This document shows positions 24,962 through 30,161 of a DNA stretch of 30,161 nucleotides, piece by piece; the first letter of the stretch is position 1; each line of letters starts with the position of its first letter. Under the pieces are notes generated by a model. That model was not told the DNA's origin. It worked only from the letters and a program-made list of their open reading frames with translations, and did not search any database. The DNA lies in contig JAWOBU010000053.1 of the NCBI GenBank assembly GCA_046484135.1, positions 1-30,161 on the forward strand, read 5' to 3'. The translations under genes and the position numbers were made by a program. This stretch comes from a bacterium (GTDB taxonomy: Bacteria; RBG-13-61-14; DATKZS01).

Positions 24962-25453
24962 TTTAAAGGGAAAAGACAAGACCAAAGTAGTGATCCGGCT
25001 AAGCCGGGCTTTTCCGGAATCGAGGTCCCTTGAAAAGAGCCACCGGCAGACGTTTTCCATAAAGTATCGCAACGGGCAAGTTTCTTTGTCTTGCCTTTGC
25101 GGCTTTGATATCGTGAAAGACGGGCACTCCTTTAAAATAGTATTGATGGAAAAAACTATGATAAGGAGGCCCGTCATGGAAGAGCTTAGGAACGCAGGTT
25201 GTTTTGTGGGCATTGACGCCCACAGCAGTCATTGTAGTATCAACGCCATTAATGTACAATCCCAGGTCCTTTTGGAGGAAGATGTTCCCACGGAGCGGGG
25301 ATTGCTCAGGGAGGCGCTTTTGAAGTTGCCGCGTCCGGCAGTTGTAATGCTTGAGTCCAGTTGCATGGCTCCTTTCGTAAAGGAGTCGGTTTCCTCTGTT
25401 GTGGACCGGGTCATCGTTTGCGAGACCCGTGAGAACCGGTGGATATCTAAAAG
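24962..25453 (+). mobile_element. IS110-family remnant: upstream non-coding region plus N-terminal DEDD (RuvC-like) transposase fragment (CDS start 25176), truncated by repeats
   Basis: AAGGAGG RBS then MEELRNAGCFVGIDAH...VVMLESS...VIVCETRENRWISKS (GID and E catalytic positions). The frame then runs into repeat DNA at 25454, before the expected K-x-D-x2-D motif. Confidence 0.8.
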
Positions 25454-25914
25454 CGATGCCTCGTGCGCTTTGCAAGAGCCAGGCTGGAGCCTGGCGGTCC
25501 ATGGGATCGCGGGCGTCCCGCCCGCTCTTGTCTGCGGCCGAGACGGCCGCGTTCCTATCTGCGGTGAGTTCCGGGGACATCATACACAATTCAAGCCATC
25601 CTGTTCCGAAAGGCGCCCGGATTCCGGTAGCCCGTATAGCTTTGCTATGCGGGCGGCGAGAAGCCGCAGGATGAAACCATCCTGTGCCAAGGGCGCCCGG
25701 ATAGTCGAGCTATCCGGGGTACCGATCCATCCCGCGCTTTTCAAGCGCCCGGATAGTCGAGCTATCCGGGGTACCGATGCCTCGTGCGCTTTGCAAGAGC
25801 CAGGCTGGAGCCTGGCGGTCCATGGGATCGCGGGCGTCCCGCCCGCTCTTGTCTGCGGCCGAGACGGCCGCGTTCCCCGCTTTTGCCTGCGGCCGAGACG
25901 TCCGCGTTCCCGGG
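25454..25914. repeat. Second REP-like mosaic: perfect 102-bp direct repeat and 34-bp direct repeat of GC-rich hairpins
   Basis: 25454-25555 equals 25775-25876 and contains motif C, GCGGGCGTCCCGCCCGC and GCGGCCGAGACGGCCGC. 25693-25726 equals 25745-25778 (CCCGGATAG-TCGAG-CTATCCGGG hairpin). Confidence 0.93.
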
Positions 25915-26044
25915 TGTAGTTCCCTCAAACCCCTTGCATGTCGCAAGCCCAGGCCATCCAAAGCCTTTACTGCCGTCTCGGCAATCAGACTTTAACCAAG
26001 AGGCTCCTGTGTTCTGTTGTCGCCCGGCCACTTTGGCGTGTTTT

Positions 26045-28030
26045 TCAGGACGATTCTTTTGCGCCTTCAATGAGTATTTGCACGGCGTTGGGGTCTGCGA
26101 GCGTAGATGTATCTCCGAGGTCCTGGTACATTCCGGTGGCGATTTTTTCCAGGATTCTTCTCATGATTTTTCCCGATCTTGTTTTGGGCAGTACGGTTGA
26201 GAACTGTATTTTGTCTGGTGTCGCGATGGGTCCTATTTGCTTTCTGACCTGTTCGACCAGCTCTTTCATGAGGTTTTCGTCGGGTTCCATGTTGTTTTTC
26301 AGGGTAACAAAAGCGTAGATGCCCTGTCCTTTCAGGTCGTGGGGAGTACCCACCACTGCGGCTTCCGCGACTGCGGGATGGGAGTCGAGCGCTGACTCGA
26401 CCTCTGCGGTCCCGAGCCGGTGTCCGGAGATGTTGATCACGTCGTCGAGCCTTCCCACGATCCGGTAGTAGCCGTCGTCGTCCACATAGGCCCCGTCGCC
26501 GGTGGTGTATTTACCGGGGAACTTGGCCCAGTAGTTTTCCACGAACCGCTGGTGGTTTTTGTAGACCGTTCTCATGCATCCCGGCCAGGGCGTCTCGATC
26601 ACGAGGTGTCCGCTCTCGCGGGTTTCGGCCTTACTGCCGTCCTCGCGGAGTATGGCGGGCCTGATGCCGAAAAAGGGCTTGCAGGCGCTTCCGGGCTTGG
26701 TGGGTATGGCGCCGGGGAGGGGGGTTATAAGGAACCCGCCGGTCTCGGTCTGCCAGTAGGTGTCCACCACCGGGCACCTGCCTTTTCCGATCTTTTGGTG
26801 GTACCAGCGCCAGGCCTCGGGGTTGATGGGCTCTCCCACGCTTCCTAGTATTCGCAGAGAGCCGAGGTCGTGGTTTTCCACCCACTTGTCTCCTTCTCGC
26901 ATGAGCGCCCTGATGGCGGTGGGCGCGGTGTAGAGCTGGTTTACCTTGTACTTGTCCACGATGTCCCAGAACCTTCCGGGGTCGGGGTATGTTGGAACGC
27001 CCTCGAACATGAGGGTAGTGGTCCCGTTTGCGAGCGGCCCGTACACGATGTAAGAGTGTCCGGTGATCCATCCGATGTCCGCGGTGCACCAGAACACGTC
27101 TTCTTCTTTTACGTCGAAGACCCACTTGTGGCTTGCGCTCACGAACACGAGGTATCCGCCGGTGGTATGGAGTACTCCTTTGGGCTTTCCGGTGGAGCCG
27201 GATGTATACAGGATAAACAGGGGGTCCTCTGCGTCCATGCTTTCCGGCTCGCAGTAGTCGGTTATGTCGGGTGCAAAGACGAGCTCATTCCACCACTCGT
27301 CTCGTCCGTCCTGCATGTGGACCTCGCGGCCGGTGCGGTTTACCACGATTACGTTTTTGACGAAAGAGAGCCCGGAGACGGCGTCGTCCGCTTTCTCCTT
27401 GATGGACACCTGCTTTTGTCCGCGCAGACCGCCGTCCGCGGTGATCAGCAGGCGGGCCTCGGTGTCCTCCACCCGGTCGCGGAGCGCGTCTGCGGAAAAG
27501 CCGCCGAAAACCACCGAATGGATGGCCCCCACCCGGGCGCAGGCCAGCATGGACACCAGGAGCTCGGGGACCATGGGAAGATATATCGCCACCCGGTCGC
27601 CTTTCTCTACTCCCTTCTTCCGCAAGACGTTGGCAAAACGGTTGACCTCGCGGTGGAGCTCACCGAAGGTAAAGGTCCTGCTCACCGATGGGTCGTCCCC
27701 TTCCCAGTAAAGAGCGACCTTGTCGGCCCGGCCGGCCTCGAGGTGCCGGTCCAGGCAGTTTACGCTTGCGTTCAGCTTGCCGCCCTTGAACCAGGAAAAA
27801 CGGGCGTTCTCTTTGTCCTCCCACTCGAACACCGACTCCCACTGTCGGTCCCAGTTTATGAACTCAAGAGCCACCTCGGACCAAAAGCCCTCCATGTCCG
27901 AAACGGAGCGCTCGTACATCTTTTGGTAAGCTTCCGGCGAGTTTATATACGCCTTTTCCCGCACGTGGTCCGGCACTTCGAAGATTTCTTCTTTTTCAGT
28001 AGTTGAAGTTTTTTCCGAAGTAGTACTCAT
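26045..28030 (-). CDS. acs: Acetyl-CoA synthetase (AMP-forming)
   Basis: [66 protein letters not shown] and [15 protein letters not shown] spacing favours ATG 28030 over 28036. Confidence 0.97.
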   Translation of the reverse strand: MSTTSEKTSTTEKEEIFEVPDHVREKAYINSPEAYQKMYERSVSDMEGFWSEVALEFINWDRQWESVFEWEDKENARFSWFKGGKLNASVNCLDRHLEAGRADKVALYWEGDDPSVSRTFTFGELHREVNRFANVLRKKGVEKGDRVAIYLPMVPELLVSMLACARVGAIHSVVFGGFSADALRDRVEDTEARLLITADGGLRGQKQVSIKEKADDAVSGLSFVKNVIVVNRTGREVHMQDGRDEWWNELVFAPDITDYCEPESMDAEDPLFILYTSGSTGKPKGVLHTTGGYLVFVSASHKWVFDVKEEDVFWCTADIGWITGHSYIVYGPLANGTTTLMFEGVPTYPDPGRFWDIVDKYKVNQLYTAPTAIRALMREGDKWVENHDLGSLRILGSVGEPINPEAWRWYHQKIGKGRCPVVDTYWQTETGGFLITPLPGAIPTKPGSACKPFFGIRPAILREDGSKAETRESGHLVIETPWPGCMRTVYKNHQRFVENYWAKFPGKYTTGDGAYVDDDGYYRIVGRLDDVINISGHRLGTAEVESALDSHPAVAEAAVVGTPHDLKGQGIYAFVTLKNNMEPDENLMKELVEQVRKQIGPIATPDKIQFSTVLPKTRSGKIMRRILEKIATGMYQDLGDTSTLADPNAVQILIEGAKESS

Positions 28031-28295
28031 GTTCATTACCCCCTTCAGGAAATTTTCCGGCTTTAGTTGAATTTAGCATATTATTTCCCCGGCTTCCGCT
28101 TTTAATTCTTTTTTAATCTTGAATGGTGCAAGGATTACTCCAAGAATACCTTTAATATTCACCACCAAAGCAGTCTGTCTGTTATTCCTTGATTATATTA
28201 GATGTTTCTAATCTTCTTTCGGGAGAATTAAAAACCTCCGTGCTCCAATAAGACCGACACGGTATTCCATAATGGAAACCGGGTGTTTTCAGAGG

Positions 28296-29903
28296 CTATT
28301 CCATTTTTGCACGGGCCAGGGAGCGGTAGTCGCCTCCGGGGTAGGTGCGAAAGCCGGTGAGCTTGCGGTCATGGGCGATGATGTTATTGGTATACCAGAG
28401 GTTGTAGGTCGGCAGGTCCCGGCAGAGGATTTCCTGGACCTTGTGGTAGATTTGCTTTCTCTTGTCGCGGTCCGGGGTGGTCCTTCCCTTCTCCAGGAGC
28501 TTGTCCAGCTCCGGGTTGCGGTAGCGGTTCCGGTTCTTGCCGTCCGGGGGCAGGTTGTCGGAGTGGAAGATCACGTAATAGATGTCCGGATCGGTAAGCC
28601 CGACCCATGATAGTGAGTATACCTGGAAGTTTCCCTCCGAGATGTCTGCGAAGAAGGCGCCGAACTCGTATGACCTGACCTCCATGTGGATCCCCACCTT
28701 TGCGAGCTGTGCGGCAATGGCCTCTGCCATCCACCTTCTGGACTTCTTCTGCGAGGTCTTGTACACGAGCGAGAAGCGTGGCTCTGGTCCTTCCGGGTCC
28801 GGGTATCCCGCTTTGTCCAGGAGCTCTTTCGCTTTCTCGGGGTTGTACTCGTGGGTCTTGACGTTTTTGTTATAGGCCCAGTGTGAGGGGGGCAGTATAC
28901 TGCGGGCCAGGGTCACGGTGTTGCTCATGAGCTTGTCGGCTATTTTCTTCCGATCAATTGCGTATGCGATGGCCCTCCTTACGTCGCGTTTTTTAAGCAC
29001 CGGGTCGGTAAGGTTAAATCCCAGGTAGTTGCAGTTGGTGCCGGGCTCGGCAGTGACCTTGATGTCGGGGTCTTTGCGGAGGAGCGGCAGGTCGTCGGGA
29101 AGCACGGAGTTCTGGAGCAGGTGGACCTCGCCGCGTTCGAGGGCCATGACCCGGGTGCCGCCGTCCGGGATGATCCGGAAGATTATCCTGTCGAAGAAAG
29201 GCTTGTTGCCGTGGTAATGGGGGTTTTTGACCAGGACCGCCTCCCTGCCCGGCTCGAAGCGTTTGACCCGGAAGGGACCGGTGCCGGCCGCGTTGCGGGA
29301 GAGCTCTTCTTTTTTCCGCCGGGCCTTGTGTTCCGGCACGATCCCCATGGTGAGCTCGGAGAAAAGGGGAGCATAGGGCTCTTTCAGCTTGAGCCGCACT
29401 TCGTACCTGCCCGTGGCCTCGAGCTCTTCGAGCTTCTCCATCACGATCTCGCGGCGGGAGTGGAGCTTCGGATCAGCCTGGCTCTTCAAGGTATAGACCA
29501 CGTCCTTGGCGGTAAGCTCGGTGCCGTCCGGGAACCTCCGGTCCTTTTTCAAGCGGAACACAAAGGTTAGCTCGTCCTTTCTCTGGGAGGATTCAACCAG
29601 TTGAGGCACGGGCTCGGAGTTTTGGTTGATCTGAAACAGTCCCTCGAAGACCAGCGGCAGTATCCGCAACGAGTAGGCGTCCTGGGCCACCCGCGGGTCC
29701 AACACCTGGGGGTTCGCTTCCAGCCCCACCACCACCTTCTTCTCCGCCTTGTCCTTGCTGTCTTCGCATCCCGAAATCAAAACGGCGAAAACCAGGATAT
29801 AACACAGACATATACTTGACAGAACATGGTTTGTAGGGCATGATGATCTGCGGAAATGGAGGGAAGTTAAAAAGGATAATGCGCGCACAAACTTGTTATT
29901 CAT
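28296..29903 (-). CDS. ABC transporter family-5 (Dpp/Opp-like) substrate-binding lipoprotein; start uncertain
   Basis: Lipobox LISGC, LDPR, FPDGTELTAKDVVYT, GTGPF, YLGFNL...VRRAIAYAIDR and YNPEKAKELLDKAGY. Confidence 0.93.
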   Translation of the reverse strand: MNNKFVRALSFLTSLHFRRSSCPTNHVLSSICLCYILVFAVLISGCEDSKDKAEKKVVVGLEANPQVLDPRVAQDAYSLRILPLVFEGLFQINQNSEPVPQLVESSQRKDELTFVFRLKKDRRFPDGTELTAKDVVYTLKSQADPKLHSRREIVMEKLEELEATGRYEVRLKLKEPYAPLFSELTMGIVPEHKARRKKEELSRNAAGTGPFRVKRFEPGREAVLVKNPHYHGNKPFFDRIIFRIIPDGGTRVMALERGEVHLLQNSVLPDDLPLLRKDPDIKVTAEPGTNCNYLGFNLTDPVLKKRDVRRAIAYAIDRKKIADKLMSNTVTLARSILPPSHWAYNKNVKTHEYNPEKAKELLDKAGYPDPEGPEPRFSLVYKTSQKKSRRWMAEAIAAQLAKVGIHMEVRSYEFGAFFADISEGNFQVYSLSWVGLTDPDIYYVIFHSDNLPPDGKNRNRYRNPELDKLLEKGRTTPDRDKRKQIYHKVQEILCRDLPTYNLWYTNNIIAHDRKLTGFRTYPGGDYRSLARAKME

Positions 29904-29936
29904 ACAGCCTCCGACTTGTCCGAAGTTGACCAGATT

Positions 29937-30161
29937 ATGAAAGGCGCCGCCGGTATTGTCAAGGCCCGAGCGGGAGCGGTACGGGACAGATTGAAGACGA
30001 GCTTTAAAATAACGTCGCTCTTCTGTTTAGCTGTTGCGCTTTGTCTTACGGCAGTCGGCTGCAACTCGTGCAGTCGCTCCGGCGAAGAAGACAAAGCCTC
30101 GGCCGCGGGCGCCCTGCCCGATATGACGCAACCTGCCGAGACGGCAAACAAGCCTTCCTCC
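29937..30161 (+). CDS. Putative lipoprotein, 5' part only (not in the ORF track because it runs off the window)
   Basis: An open frame from ATG 29937 to the window end reads ...KTSFKITSLFCLAVALCLTAVGCNSCSRSGEEDK (basic, hydrophobic, AVG-C lipobox). It is divergent from the SBP gene. Confidence 0.6.
   Translation, partial: MKGAAGIVKARAGAVRDRLKTSFKITSLFCLAVALCLTAVGCNSCSRSGEEDKASAAGALPDMTQPAETANKPSS

Noticed and set aside
24912..25919. 335-aa ORF as a real protein
   Set aside because: It is chimeric: non-coding leader, IS110 fragment from 25176, then read-through of stop-free GC-rich repeats (a duplicated peptide mirrors the 102-bp repeat).
29900..30151. Minus-strand 83-aa ORF
   Set aside because: The plus-strand frame from 29937 encodes a convincing lipoprotein signal and better explains the region.

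Overview
A GC-rich bacterial chromosomal window. Gene content (MvhD, split glutamate synthase, ClpX paralog, ECF sigma/anti-sigma) suggests an anaerobic Deltaproteobacteria-like lineage; this is inference. Housekeeping and metabolic genes (atypical Hsp70, ClpX-like ATPase plus GNAT, Wzt-type ABC ATPase, ECF sigma/anti-sigma, sulfatase-like protein, mvhD plus two glutamate-synthase-related genes, CCA-adding enzyme, xerD, acs, family-5 solute-binding protein) alternate with accessory material. The accessory material comprises a lower-GC two-gene module (wHTH/Panacea-like-DUF488 fusion plus a conserved partner) next to DUF433/DUF5615 and HicBA toxin-antitoxin pairs, three IS remnants (IS4-superfamily, IS3, IS110) and two mosaics of short palindromic REP-like repeats. 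The best leads are the DUF488 module as a candidate anti-phage/DNA-lesion system, an IS110 remnant with a structured upstream non-coding region (possible bridge RNA) sitting in a host repeat, an MvhD-linked glutamate synthase with an internally duplicated FMN subunit and a structured 5' leader, and an ECF-type promoter between the sigma and anti-sigma genes. All family assignments come from motif recognition by eye; no searches were run.
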